Source of the DNA: Octopus sinensis
Taxonomy: Eukaryota
DNA length: 64,000 nucleotides
Assembly: GCF_006345805.1 (NCBI RefSeq)
Contig: NC_043002.1
Coordinates: forward strand, 73,780,001-73,844,000
Direction: 5' to 3'
Shown: positions 1 to 13,324 of the stretch, piece by piece
Layout: the number at the start of each line of letters is the position of its first letter
Position numbering within the stretch: position 1 is the first letter of the stretch
Program-made: the position numbers and the translations under genes
The notes under the pieces: model-generated
Seen by the model: the letters and a program-made list of their open reading frames with translations, nothing else
What the model was told of the DNA's origin: nothing
The model's database searches: none

Positions 1-2965
1 ATTTTCAGAATACATCCTGACTGTAAAAGTAAGAATGTGAAGTCAAAAAGAGACATATTGCTTACAAAGCAACATTAGGAATGTGAAGAAAAACTATTAA
101 ATAAATTTTTTTTTAAAAGTGGCTTTTCAACAAAAGTTATTCAAAAACAAAGACCATGTCAGTTTTAGTGTTTGTGTATTAGTTTTTTAGCTTTTGTTTT
201 TTGTTGTTTTAAAATTTGCAGTGATTTTACATTGATTTCTGGAAAAATATCAAAAATAGATGTTCTCAAGGATAATGTTGCATAAGAGGATGAAATAAAT
301 TTTATTTTCAGCTGTAAAATTTTTGGGCATTGCATTATATTTGAGATTGCATTGTACTTGAGCAAAGTATGGTAGATGTAGGTAAATGATGAAAGCAACT
401 TAATGAAGAATGTAAAAAAAATTAAAGACAATATTTGCTCTTTTAGCTGGATGTTTATAGCGATTTTATATTACACTCCAACATTTTTCAATGATCAAAG
501 GCTTATGTGTGTGTGTGTGTGCATGCGTGCACACTCACTATCACACACACGATTTACATGCAAACACTCACTAGAAACAACACTGTTTTACAGGGATTTC
601 ATGTGCATTTTATAATGAACCTATGTACAAGCATAATTACCCAGAGAATAAAATACTGAATTCAGTAGAAGTCCTATTTTCAATTAGCATGTGCACACAC
701 GCATTTCATTTTATCCTCCTTTTATTTACTATTTCCACACAGATCTCATAGCTGAATATGCTATCTATACATATACACACAAACACACATGCACCACATT
801 TGCTTAGAAGTAATACCCTAATTTCAAAACCAGCAACAGAAAAAATAGCAAAGTGAGGTCAAAAATCATAATAGTATTGTAAACCTTTTGTAAACTATAT
901 TATTGTTGAAATACACTGTCTTTGTTTTAATTAATTTTGAAAATAATGAAGAATCCATTTAAATAATTTTTTGTCACTATTAATCTGGTGTTTGAAACAT
1001 AGATTAACATGCAACTTTGATGGAAAGTTTTAATTTAAATCACTTATGTTATCTTGAAGTTGGAACAACAATTTCTGCTATTCTTTTTTTATATTTACAC
1101 ATCATAAACACAATGGAAATATGATATTTGCATCTGCAAGTGCCCCAACAGACACACATAAGAATTTGAAAAGAAAGAATAGTAAATATCACAAACAAGT
1201 GGTTCTTGTTCTATCAATGAGCTTGCTGCTGTCCTTTTTTTTTTTACTCTAATTGGTGTTTGCAAGTCTAATAGAATTTACATAAATTTTCAGTCATTAA
1301 TTTATAAATTTCACAATGGAAGCCTGTACAGTAGTTGATGCATCCAGTACAGTAGAAAAGGCATCCAGCCATAAAAACCATGCCAAAGAAGACATTAAAG
1401 CATGACTCAGTCTTCTGGTTCATGACATCCTGTCAAACCACCCAACTCAAGTCAGCAACACTTTGGAGTAACTGCATTTACTTGTATCTGCCCTTTCTAC
1501 TACTAGCTAAGTGGAATAATGCAAACTGTTACCAACCAGAATAGCTGAACCAGGCTGATAATAGTCAGTTGCTGAAAGATACCATATGACTGTCATAAAT
1601 TCCAGCACCTTAACCTGATAGTACTTTCATATCCACCACAATAGTTTATTGAGCAATCACTAATTAGTCAGGTCAAAACACTAAATAAACACTATACTTC
1701 TAATTGTAGGCAAGATAGGTCATAAATTCAAACCTGTTGTCAAGCATATTATTCTATACTGTCTCAATCAACCTGTCAAGAATAGGTCTCTTATCATCTA
1801 AGAATATTTCTGATAGACTCATCCTACTCAGGAAAAGATATAGTTCTCTTCTGTTATATGCCATAAACCTGAAGTTAAGCACCAACTCTCAAAGAACCAT
1901 TCAATACTGAGAAAATAATTTATTTATTATATACTTCCAACTACATTTAATAATCTACCATGACCTCATCTGTAATATTTCAATAAAAAATTCCCCAATT
2001 CTTTTGTACAACTAGACTAACTTATTGTTGCTTAGTTGTAATATCCCTTGCACAGAAATTAATGTAGAGAATTTCATATATTTATGTATAAGGCATATGA
2101 GACTTTCTGAATGTTCCAACATAATGAAAGAAAGAAAAAAATTTCCTAAGTAAATAAAACCTTATATATTTATTGTTCCAATGAAAAACTTTTTTTAGGT
2201 TATCAACATTGTCTGGAGAAATAACCTATTAAATGGCATTGCAGTTCTTTCTTTTAAGAGAGAGAAAAGAAGATCAGAAATACTATTATGGAGAAATCAT
2301 TTAATTAGTAAACTACTAGACAGCTTAGCTTTGATGGATTGGCTGAAATCCCGAACATAAAACTAATTAGGTGATTTAACCCTTTGACTCCAGTTTGTGA
2401 TTTTCCTTAGAACTATATTAATTTTATTTACTGATTAAAAGTATTTGCTGAAAACAGTGCATAGTCACACTTCATGCTAAGCTATAGAGCTTATTTTGTT
2501 TCTTTAATAAATGTTGCAAATTCACAGAGCAAAGCAGCGTTTAGCTTTCAGTTACTTCATAACATGAAATCTCATTGTATTGTCTTCAGGATTTGGGTTT
2601 TATTATTATCTTCATGATTTGTGGTTTTATTATCACTTAGCACCTTTATTGTGAACTAGTTTGAATACTTTAAATTAAGAAGGAAAGGGAAAAAATAAAC
2701 TTGAAAAAGAAAATCAATTGAATCCACTGAAAATTTCAATGCATATATGATTTGAAATTTATACATTTAACTATTATTTATTGTCAATAAGCTGAAGACA
2801 TAATTATAGATTACTTCTTAGCAGTATTACTCTAAATATGCAAATTGAAATAACCTTAAACTGTAATCTCTAATAAACCCCTAATAAAATTAGAAAAATT
2901 CTTACGATGAATTTAGCTATTCCTTTGAATAGATATATTGCAATCAAGGAAACAAAAATATTATG

Positions 2966-3260
2966 TAAGCTGCATAGTTAAGAAGTTTTCCCCCCAAACT
3001 TGAGGTTTGCTCCCACACTGTGGCACTTTGGCTAAGTGTCTTCTAGTTTAGACCTGAGCCAATCAAATCCTTGTTAGCGGATTTGGTAGATGGAAACTGA
3101 AAGCATCTTGTCATTTGCACTTCTCTGAAAATCACAAGCCAAAAGTAAAGAAGTAATTTTTCTAGTCAAACAAATCATCTGCTGGTTTAGTGCCTTCGAA
3201 AACAGGTAAGGGTTAGTGACTGGAAGGGCATCTGACTATAAAACAATGCTTCATCAAGAT
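2966..3260 (+). mobile_element. Degenerate tRNA-derived SINE
   Basis: Shares head and body (gttaagaag...cactgtggcac..tgg...aagtgtcttct...ggaaactgaaag) with copies at ~8251, ~16815, ~32640, ~44650 and ~48780. Confidence 0.7.
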
Positions 3261-3495
3261 ATTTACTAAACCCAACAGTGAAATGTGTTAAGTTTTGTCT
3301 TTTCACTGCTATAAGATCATACCCTTCTTAAAATTTTGTGTTTAATAATATTCTATGATAGGAAATAACACAAAGATGTTTAAGCCATGGACCAACTTGT
3401 CAATACAGCACTGAACACACATACATACACTATTCAATATAAATACAATGGTTCCTTTTATTCTATTGAATAATTTTAACATTATATTAAACAAT

Positions 3496-3815
3496 ACTGG
3501 CTCCCAAACCAGTAGCATGTAAAAAGCACCATTCAAGCGTGGTTAATGTCAATGTTGGCTGACTGGTCCAGTGCTAGAGGTACATAAAACAGCACCATTT
3601 GAGCATGGTCAATGCCAGCACCACCTGACTGGCCCTTGTGCCGGAGGCACATAAAAAACACCCACTACACTCTCGGAGTGGTTGGCATTAGGAAGGGCAT
3701 CCAGCTGTAGAAACATTGCCAGATCAGATTGGAGCCTGGTGCAGCCTCCTGGCTTGCCAGCCCTCAGTCAAAACATCCAACCTATGCCAGCATGGAAAGT
3801 GGACATTAAACGACG
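3496..3815 (+). mobile_element. SINE (aaaaagcacc internal repeats, ggaagggcatccagc core, ggacattaaacgacga tail)
   Basis: Same family seen at 12790-13070 (-), 14650-14795, 15440-15700, 28945-29165 and 38570-38725. Confidence 0.8.
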
Positions 3816-4125
3816 AATATAATACATCCTTATATTAACTAAGAAGATTGATACAAGACTGAACAATCATGACTCCTATGCTTTTGTGTTATTTTCTCAT
3901 ACATTACTGAAATAGAAGTAAAATTAATTTTAAGTCTACATTCTTGTAGTAGTAGTAGTAGTAGTATTAGTAATAATAATAGTGTGCACATGAGCACGCG
4001 CACACACACACACACACACACACACTAAGTATATAGTGTATAAGTAGAAATTAAGTACAATTTTGATGTTTCCGTTTTATTTTTACATTTTACTTTTGAA
4101 TTATTTCAATGTTAGGAAAAAAAAA

Positions 4126-4155
4126 ACACCCAAAGGTTATATAACCTTTGGGTGT
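4126..4155. repeat. Perfect 30-bp palindrome
   Basis: acacccaaaggttat|ataacctttgggtgt: the second half is the exact reverse complement of the first. Confidence 0.95.
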
Positions 4156-4675
4156 AGTTGAAGCAGAATGAATAAATTAACAGTTGAAATGATTACTAAT
4201 TAAAGTAATTATTAAAATAAAGCCAATATAAAAATGCAATTTCTATAGATTTATTGGAGCCATATACTAGTCTATTGATGCCTTGGGGATAGACTGAGTT
4301 TTATCACTGTTACGTTCAAAATTCACATGACCACATGGAAATCACCAATTCTACAGAAATTGTCTCATTTGTAAGATAGTGAAAATTATGCCAATAAAAC
4401 TGGCCTGCTTCACTATTTTATTCCTCAGCAATTATGGTTTGTTTGCTTTTCATTTTCTTTTTTTCCTTCTTTCCCACTAATGTATTGATGATACATTATG
4501 ATGTTTGTATATTCTAAGATAGTGGGTTACGTATATTAGACTTCATTGAAGAAAAAGCTACTTTCTGGTAAATAAAACATCTCATATTATATCCAATCTT
4601 TCACCTGGCATCAAAGTCAGCATTTTCTCACCACAACATTATACCAATGATCTCTACCAATTTAAAAGTGTTTTA

Positions 4676-4982
4676 TATCATCATCATCATCATTTTTTAA
4701 TGTCCATTTTCCATGCTTGCATGGAGTGGACAGTTCAACAGGAACCAATGAACAAGAGGATTGTGCTGAGCCCCACTGCCTGCTTTGGAATGGTTACTTT
4801 ACTCAGTGTACTGGATGCTTTTTACATGGCACTGATAGTAGTGAGGTCACCAAATACTTGCAGGATGATCCCTCAAATGAGCAGGCGTGTAGTTTTGAGG
4901 GAGGAAAAAATATAATAGGGAAACAGGAAGAGGTGTCTTGCCGAAGAAGGAATATATAACAGGGGAGGACTAGGGGTGTGTG

Positions 4983-5013
<31 letters not shown>

Positions 5014-5370
5014 TGATGGCATACTTTCAAGGTATAAGGTGAATACAAGAGAATAGAATAGAGGAACAGAAAGAGGGGTGGGTAGGTAAGTTTGAGAGTA
5101 TGATAGGAGTGTGAAAGGTTGTTAGAGATGGGTATTGAGATGGATGCAGTGAATTAGGACACATGGGTGAAGGCATGGTCAATAATGAATATCAGTATGG
5201 GGAAAATGAAAGAAATAGGAGTGGATCAGAGGGGTAGAGGAAGAAATGATAAGGACTAAGTAACAGGGAGACAATCTGAAGTGTAGGTGGATAAAGGATA
5301 TCATTTACAGCACTTGAATGGGTTGTGTAGTAGTTAGAAGAGGGGAAAATGGGATAGGTGTTAGAAAATG
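4676..5370 (-). mobile_element. SINE-type 3' end with (CAT)n tail followed by a long purine-rich repeat-derived tract containing (GA)n
   Basis: catcatcat...aatgtccattttccatgc is the reverse complement of the common tail. A mirror-image organisation occurs at 61900-63030. Confidence 0.55.
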
Positions 5371-5884
5371 TGTTGATATATGTATTGATATATAAATTAC
5401 AGAAACCCTGACAGTCTGAGAAAAAAAAATTATAGCAAACAATTTTAAAACTTACCTACTTTTTAATTAACATGACATAATATTTTTCAGTTATCAATTA
5501 TGATATATGAGGGTTAAAAGAAAGGGTTTGCATAACTTGTTAATTACATTATTTTTTTTTCTTTTTCATCAATATTTTCAAAAGTGTATAATAATGCAGG
5601 AAGTGATTTATACTTTTTTTGCTGTTTATTCTCTAGCTATGTATTTGCCCCTTTTATTCAAGTTAAATTTCCCCATAGTCCCCATGCTTTTGAAAGGTCT
5701 TTCTACTCAACAAGCTGATTTTAATAATGAAATCAAACTCACTTTTCTAGTTTCATTTCTCAACTGAAAAATATATGTAACTGAGTAGGTAGACCTATTA
5801 CCTGCAGTCTTTTAAAACTTTGAACGCAGTTCACAAAACCCAAGGAGTCTACTGGTCTAAGGTTGGGAACTGTTTATCTATGCT

Positions 5885-6175
5885 ATGATGGACCCACCTG
5901 TCAAAGGCACAGATGAGTGTTCAGCTTTTGTTGAACAACCTGCACAAATGATTTGTTTATAGTAATCAAACGTATGTGCTGTATATGAGCTCACTCCCTC
6001 CAGCAAACTGATGGTGCCTAAACAGGTTCACAGTGTGCTAAGCATCACGTGTTGAAGTGATCACAGAGCAATGAGATGAAGTGTTTTGCTCAGGAACACA
6101 AGGCACCACCTAGTATAGGAATTGAAACCATGATCTCACAATCATGAGTGCAACACTCAAACCACTAGTCCATGA
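5885..6175 (-). mobile_element. tRNA-derived SINE
   Basis: gatgaagtgttttgctcaggaacaca...ggaattgaaacc...aaccactag is the reverse complement of the box A/box B head and core seen on + at 14815-14940 and 17020-17100. Confidence 0.7.
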
Positions 6176-8250
6176 GACATCTTGTATCTTTTATCTATGC
6201 TATAGCAAGGATAATATTACTAATTAAATCAAGGATGGTAGAGTTGTCAAAAAAGGGGGAATACAGACTAAATACTACTTTAATTTCTCCAAGTTCAAGG
6301 GTTAATTTTGCCTTTCATCTATCAGAGGTCATTAAAATAAGTTTAAAAATCCTATGGAATCAGTTCAATCAACCATACCACTCTTCAATAAAATTTTGCC
6401 TTGCATTTTTCAATAGAAATTTAAATTAAAATGATTAAAAAACCCTCAAAGCTATGTTTCTAAATTTTTTTAAAAACCAATTTGCATTTTCACTGTTCTT
6501 TTAAATGAGATAAATTACTGAAATTTGAAACCAATATTACACAATAACAGTTATCACTAGTTTTATATTAATACTCCTAAGGGAAAACATCCAGATTTCT
6601 GTTCAGAAGATTGGATAAAAAATTTGCCTAATAATATCATTTAGTAATACTTTGGTTTGTCTGGTTTAATATTTGCAAATCACAAAGTAAACCAAATTAT
6701 ACAAACTGAAAAATCAATATATATTTATAGTCTCAATCTGCTCCCCATTTATAGATATTAATGGCGTTTTATTTACTTATATATTTATTTTTTGCTGGTC
6801 TAATGAAAGGGATCCCTTACTTCATAGCAATATTTCATAATTGAAATGCTATTTTATCTATAATCTATCTTGTATCTCTTATGATCAGTAAAAGAAAATG
6901 ATACTGACTCTAAATATATCGATGACATTCGTAACCATAATCATTGATATGTCAACAAAATAACCATGTTGCAGGATTGAATTTTTGTTGTTCTTTTCTT
7001 CTTTTTACTTTTAAAAAGAGAAAAAAGTTGGAGTCCAACGAGATTATTGTGGTGCACCTGAGCACTGTATACAATAATTTCATTATTATTATTACCTGGG
7101 AAACAGGTTTTATGTTGGTGTCCAATTGGTAGAAAACCCCAATTAGCCGGGTATTCTCATTGTACTCAAGCTTTCAAGTTAACTGTACTTTTTAATACAG
7201 TCTAAAAAATGATTTTTGTATTTTCACAATATACTTTATCAAATGCTTTTCCTCAGTTAATAAAAATATCAATTAGAAACAAACAAAAAAAAAATTGAAA
7301 TAATTAGAAATAAACTTAACTAGCAAACAGTGTTCTAGATACTTCTAATGGTGGACCTTACATTACAAATCAAACATATTACTTGCCGTTTTCCCTTTCA
7401 GTACTTATTTAAGACTTTTTAAATAGGCTTTCAACTAGATAGTAAAATATATTTGATTCGAGTTTTCTAAAAAATCAATCAGAAATAATGTATTGATGTG
7501 CTCATCTTCGTTAATGAATAGATGTATATCACAAGAGAACATACATAGATTAAATGGAATACAAAAAAACAAACAAACAAAAAAAAAACAGTTATCAACA
7601 CCTAAGAATCAATCCCACATCATCCCTCAGTTAATACTGAACTACATTATAGTTTAGGCAATAGGCAATTGCAATTTTTTCATTACTATTTGGAAACTTA
7701 TATGAATAGGTTGATATTTCATTATCTTCACATCATTTTTACAACTTGTCAATTACTGCAAGGAATTGGGCACAAGTTAAATTACATGCACGTTGTTTAT
7801 TCAAGAGCTCTATGATGGTATAGGATGTATAAATGTATACAAGATAAATTAAAACATAGAATGTTTGAAACCATAGCCTATGACAACCTAGAGAGCTTTG
7901 AAAAATATACTCCTATTGTAATCAAACATTCAGCAATGTATTACAAGACAGATGGATAGATACCCCTACATATACAGAGCCCATATGCATGCACAAAAAC
8001 ACTTTTAAACTAAATCAAATTACAGATATGGTCATTAATATACAGAGCCATAGGCATACAAACAAATACATATATAGAACATATACATCCCAACTAAATG
8101 TGAGAGTGCATATATAACCGAAAGGCAGAAATATATATGTCAGTGACTGAGGGCACTAGTCAGCACCAGTATTGCTAGAAGTAATAGTTAAAACAACTCA
8201 TAGCAACAAGAAGAACCTTATCTTAATGATACACATACACACATATATAT

Positions 8251-8660
8251 AGGTGCAGACATAGCTGTGTGGATAAAATTCTTGCTTCTAAATCCAACTG
8301 TGTAGCACCTTGGGCAAGTGTCTTCAAGTATAGTTTCACACCAACCAAAGCCTTGTGAGTGAATTTGGTCAATGGAAACTGAAAGAAACCCATTGTATAT
8401 ATATTTGTGTCTGTGTGTGTGAGAGAGAGTTAGTGTCTCCTTGTTTTGACACTATGTAATATTTGTCACTGTCATAAGGCAGTGTCCTTCATTTCCAGTC
8501 TCTTATGAAAACATGTCTGATCATGGGAAAATATTACCTTACATGAAAACAGGTGAAGGTTAGTGACAGGAAGCATATCTAGCAGTAAAAAACCAACCTC
8601 AAATTCTGTCTGACCCATGCAAGCAAGGAAAATTGGATGTTAAAATGATGGTGATAATGT
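8251..8660 (+). mobile_element. tRNA-derived SINE with internal (TA)/(TG) tract
   Basis: ggtgcagacatagctgtgtgg head, gcaccttgggcaagtgtcttc core, tail ggatgttaaaatgatg. Confidence 0.8.
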
Positions 8661-9156
8661 ATATGCAAAAGTTACTGATGGCCTTGTTTTAATTATATTT
8701 GATCCTGTAAAACTGCAAGCATATACACAGATCTATCTGTAAATCTCTATCTCTCTTTCACACACACACACAAAATGTTGCATGAAATTCAATGAACATT
8801 ATTTTCAAGTAAAGCCAATGTTATCAACAGATTCTCAGACATATGGTTAAAAACATCAGTTGCATCCTATTATGCATATGCATTTACATCTTCTAACAAA
8901 GCACCATACACTAACACAATAATCCACACATGCTATCTTCCCAGATAAAGACTGAACTGAAAAACAGCAAGTGGATGTTCCTCATATCACCATACATACA
9001 TATTCAGCTCCGAAATTTTAAATACCAAATTTCTGTACTTGGTTATGAATAGAATATTTTTTTTTAAATTCAGTTTTGCTGCCATATTCTCTGACACTTC
9101 TAGCATTTGGCACACACAATTATCATTATTATCATCATTATTATTGTTATTATTAT

Positions 9157-9610
9157 TAAGGTGGCAAGCTGGCAGAATCGTTAGCATGCTGGGCAAAATG
9201 CTTGGCAGCATTTCATCTGTCTTTACATTCTAAGTTTGAATTCCACCGAGGTTGACTTTGCTGTTCATCTTTTCAGGGTCGATAAAATAAGTACCAGTTG
9301 AACACTGGGGTAGATGTAATCAACTCATCCCCTCCCTTGAAATTGCTGTCCTTGTGGCAAAATCTGAAACCATTATTATTATTATCATTATTAAAGTAGC
9401 AAACTGACAGTCATTAACATGCTGGGTAAAATGCTTAGTAGCATTTAGTCCATCTTTACATTCTGAGTTCAAATTCTGCCTTTCATCCTTTCAGGGTCAA
9501 TAAAATTAAATGCCAGTTGAACACTGGGGTTGATGTAATCAACTTACCCACTCCTCCAAAAGTGGTGGCCTTGTGCCAAAATTTGAAACCTTTATTATCA
9601 TTATTACTAT
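9157..9610 (+). mobile_element. Two tandem copies of a ~220-bp SINE with (TTA)n tails
   Basis: taaggtggcaagctggcagaatcgttagcatgc...gaaacc repeated at ~9157 and ~9392; same family in opposite orientation at 42060-42725. Confidence 0.85.
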
Positions 9611-9663
9611 TGTTATTCATTATTAGTAACAAGAACACTATTAGATCAGTATAGCATTTTGTT

Positions 9664-9848
9664 TATCATACTTAAAATAGATATGCTGCTGAAAACCTCG
9701 AAACTATGGTATTCTTCTTGAGAAAGCATTTTGTGTAGGCATTTTTAGTCTGCTGCTGATACATTTCTGTGTTTTTGATACTATATATCTAAATGAGATG
9801 CTTTCTCAAGACAAATATCACAGTTTCAAGGCTTTCAACTGTATGATA
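9664..9848. repeat. Fold-back inverted repeat containing a partial hammerhead-like ...cctcGAAAC motif
   Basis: Left arm gctgaaaacctcgaaactatggtattcttcttgagaaagcat versus reverse complement of right arm gttgaaagccttgaaactgtgatatttgtcttgagaaagcat. Confidence 0.75.
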
Positions 9849-10025
9849 ATCATGATATACAGAATATTATTATCATTATTTAATTTGGGATACCTTAATT
9901 TTGGAGAGAAAAGAGAATGTGTATGCACATCATGTGTTTCAGAATATTAATTTAGCAGTGTAATTCCAGAATATTGTGAAGGAATTGGGTTATGCACAAA
10001 TACATATGTTATGTATATATGTGTA

Positions 10026-10065
<40 letters not shown>

Positions 10066-10245
10066 GTATGTATTTTTTCAATCTTTACAAATAACATGGA
10101 AAAAAAAAAAATAGTTAGAAGGGTAGCAAAAATTCACACAAGTACCAAGGATATAACAGCCTACTTATAAAGGTAGAAATTCTAGGTTTTGGTGAAATGT
10201 TTTTGTATTACATAGATAAATAAATAAATGGTGATAAATGCAGGT

Positions 10246-10549
10246 GTTATTCAAATCTTTATACTTCCAACATATGTTTTGAAGAAAACATTGGTATTAT
10301 TCCAGAAGGAATAAAATGATGTAGAACAATGCAATCTTCACAGCAGGGGGAAAAAAGAGAAATATACCAGCATTCCTTTCATCATATATGCAATAATCAT
10401 ATTTGGTTAAAATGTCTTATTGATGCATTTTGTCTCTTTTTTTCCCTGATGAGAAGATTACATTGTTTTACATCATTTTATTCCTTCTGGAATAATACTA
10501 ATGTTTTCTTTGAAATATATGTTGGAAGTATAAAGATTTGAGTAATAAC
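10246..10549. mobile_element. Fold-back element (~115-bp inverted arms), Penelope-like terminal repeat type, with hammerhead motif
   Basis: Arms 10246-10360 and 10433-10549 are reverse complements with scattered mismatches; lies between two (TA)n tracts. Confidence 0.7.
10442..10527 (+). ncRNA. Minimal hammerhead ribozyme-like motif (type I, extended stem II), probably decayed
   Basis: ttcc-CTGATGA(10446)-gaagattacatt...aatgttttcttt-GAAA(10512)-tatatgt-t-ggaa. Stem I ttcc/ggaa; the opposite arm preserves the palindromic stem III ACATATGT. Confidence 0.6.
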
Positions 10550-10570
10550 TACATTTAACTCTTTTTATGT

Positions 10571-10755
10571 ATGTATATTATATATATATATATATTGTAT
10601 ATATATATTATATATATATATATGTATATATATATATGTATATATATATATATTATATATATATGTATATATATATATATATATGATATATATATATATA
10701 TATATATATGTATAATATATATATATATATATGTATATAATATATATATATATGT

Positions 10756-10794
<39 letters not shown>

Positions 10795-10853
10795 TATATG
10801 TATATATATATTATATATATATATGATATATATTATATATATATATATTAATA

Positions 10854-10897
<44 letters not shown>

Positions 10898-10944
10898 ATT
10901 GTATATATATATATATAATATATATATATGTATATATATATATA

Positions 10945-11042
<98 letters not shown>

Positions 11043-11043
11043 A
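10571..11043. repeat. Long interrupted (TA)n microsatellite (~470 bp)
   Basis: Direct inspection; source of the spurious IYIY ORFs. Confidence 0.97.
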
Positions 11044-11230
11044 TTAATCCAAACATGAAAACACAACAACGCGAGGATGTGGGACAAGTATAGTATTATT
11101 GGATGCTCAGGAAAGAAGGAGGGTTTAATGTTTCGAGCGGAGCTCTTTGTCAGAAATATAGAAAAAGGAAAGATCCAAAGAAGGGAAGACGGAGGAAAAA
11201 ACTCGCCAACAGTACGCACATGGTCACACA
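11044..11230 (-). mobile_element. Penelope-like terminal-repeat fragment inserted at (TA)n, with hammerhead-like motif at 11124-11156
   Basis: Minus strand ttt-CTGACAA-agagc-tcc-gctc-GAAA-cat-t-aaa; both deviations from CTGACGA and ACGT are CG>CA changes. Confidence 0.6.
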
Positions 11231-12444
11231 TATATATCACACACACACATATATATGTATATATATATATCAGTAAGTATAATTATAATTGTTAAAGTTG
11301 ACTATGAAAAGTAGCTAATTTTAGCAATAATAATTATATTTACTCTAACAGGCACTGAATATACTTTGTACTGGCAAAATTGATAGTATATCAGTAAGTA
11401 TGTCTTTGTGTGTGTGCATATGTATTGGCACACACTTGTGTTTCACACTTGTGAAAATAAATTCAGATAATTAAACATACATAAGTAGGTACATGAACGA
11501 TATGCATTATTAAATTAATTGAGCAAATCTAAACTCTAAATCCCCTGATCAAGAAACAATTTCACACTTATAGCCATGCCAAAAAATGTTGTTTAGCACA
11601 GAGATATTTCTACTTATAGAAGCAAATTTAAAGCTGAAAGTAGGAAACACTGATTTAGTAGAATATTCTAACATCAATGTTCATTCTATTTCTTAGGCAG
11701 AGTGTATATTTTCCTTTATAAACTAAAAGAAATTTATAGCTCAGCAAATAATTAAATTTGCATACTTTCAACAGCTCCCCATAGAAATTAAATCAAGATT
11801 GGTATCATACTTGTCATTTTCAAACATTTAAAAAAAGTTTTGACACTATATTTCTTTAGCTAAGAAAATATAATATTTTTCCAAATATATAGTATTTTTA
11901 TTAACATTTTAATCAATAATACTGAAACAATTTGGCATGATCATCATTAAAAAATATCCAACTACTATACTCCCAATCATCATTATCAAACTCACACACA
12001 CATACTCTCTCTCTCTCTCGCCTTCAGATATCGGTAAAACCCTATCATATTCTAGTCTGCAGGCAGGCAAACTTATCTTGGAATGTTTATGGCTTTCTAA
12101 GTTGCACTTTAAATACTACTGCCAAAAATTAGACAGAACAATAAATAAAATAAAAAATAACTAAAAATCAACAACAATAATATTTTTTTCTTTCCAATAT
12201 TGTTGGAAACAAGAAAACAAAAGCAAAGCAAATATAAACAATTTGAAATGTCAACATTTTTCAGCAATTATGAAGCTGTTTTGGTAAAGAAAGCAAATCC
12301 TACAAAAACAAAACAGAATACATGAATAAGCTAATAGAATCAGAAAAATGAGATAATAGTCTAAGGAATATTGGTTAGCACATAATTGTATTAAGGATTC
12401 AGTGATACAGCTGTCATAGTTAAAACACTGTTTCAAGATGTATG

Positions 12445-12445
12445 C

Positions 12446-12519
<74 letters not shown>

Positions 12520-12690
12520 GTGCGTGTGTGTGTGTGTTTACGTCCCTGTAACTTAGTGGTTCAGCAAAAGAGACCGAATAAGTATTAAGCTTACAAAGAA
12601 TAAGTCCTTAGGTTGATTTGTTCGACTGAAGGCGGTGCTCCAGCATGGCTGCAGTCAAATGACTGAAACAAATAAATAAAAAAGAAAGAA
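12445..12690 (+). mobile_element. (TA)n(TG)n tract followed by SINE (ggcggtgctccagcatggctgcag...tgactgaaaca)
   Basis: Reverse-complement copies at 38740-38930 and 52505-52680. Confidence 0.8.
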
Positions 12691-12789
12691 AAATAGTGGC
12701 CTACCAAGTTGAGCCTCAGAGTGCATATCTATTAGCTTGAGTCACCCTGATGAAAACCCCCTGTATCTTTTATATATATATTTTTTTTC

Positions 12790-13070
12790 ACCATTTAACA
12801 TCTGTTTACCATGCTGGCATGGGTTGGACGGTTTGACTGGGTACTGGCAAGCCAATCTGATCTGGCAAGGTTTCTACAGCTGGATGCCCTTCCTAACACC
12901 AACCACTTCAAGAGTGTAGTGGGTGCTTTTTATGTGCCACCTGCATGGGAGCCAGTCAAGTGGCACTGGCATTGACCATGTTCGGATGGTGCTTTTTACG
13001 TGCCACCAGCATGAGGAACCACTCAGGTGGCACTTGGCATCAACCCACACTTGAATGGTGCTTATTACGT
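12790..13070 (-). mobile_element. SINE, same family as 3496-3815
   Basis: ccatgctggcatgggttggac...gctggatgcccttcc...ggtgctttttacgtgcc. Confidence 0.8.
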
Positions 13071-13086
13071 GTTCATTATATGTATA

Positions 13087-13324
13087 CAGGGTTAGTCAAA
13101 AGTCACCTGACACTAAATGAAAACCATTTAATTCTAAAATCAAAACAAAAAATCATTTTATATTAGACTTTGCTAATAAATAGACAAATGCTGAAAAAAG
13201 AACAGTGACCTTAACTCACAGCATTCAATTATTAAACATTCATAATTGGAACGAATAAATAAAATTGAATATTAAGTATTTATGGAATTTTGATATTCTG
13301 TCGGGTGACTTTTGGCCAACCCTG
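13087..13324. mobile_element. Tc1/mariner-type MITE
   Basis: 26-bp TIRs cagggttagtcaaaagtcacctgaca / cagggttggccaaaagtcacccgaca (reverse complement; 3 mismatches), TA on both flanks. Confidence 0.9.

Noticed and set aside
10571-11246. ORFs of 78-132 aa rich in IYIY
   Set aside because: Translations of (TA)n microsatellite; the same applies to the CVCV, THTH, RERE and LLLL ORFs elsewhere.
12744-12770. Isolated CTGATGA
   Set aside because: No stem II partner or GAAA before the next repeat begins.
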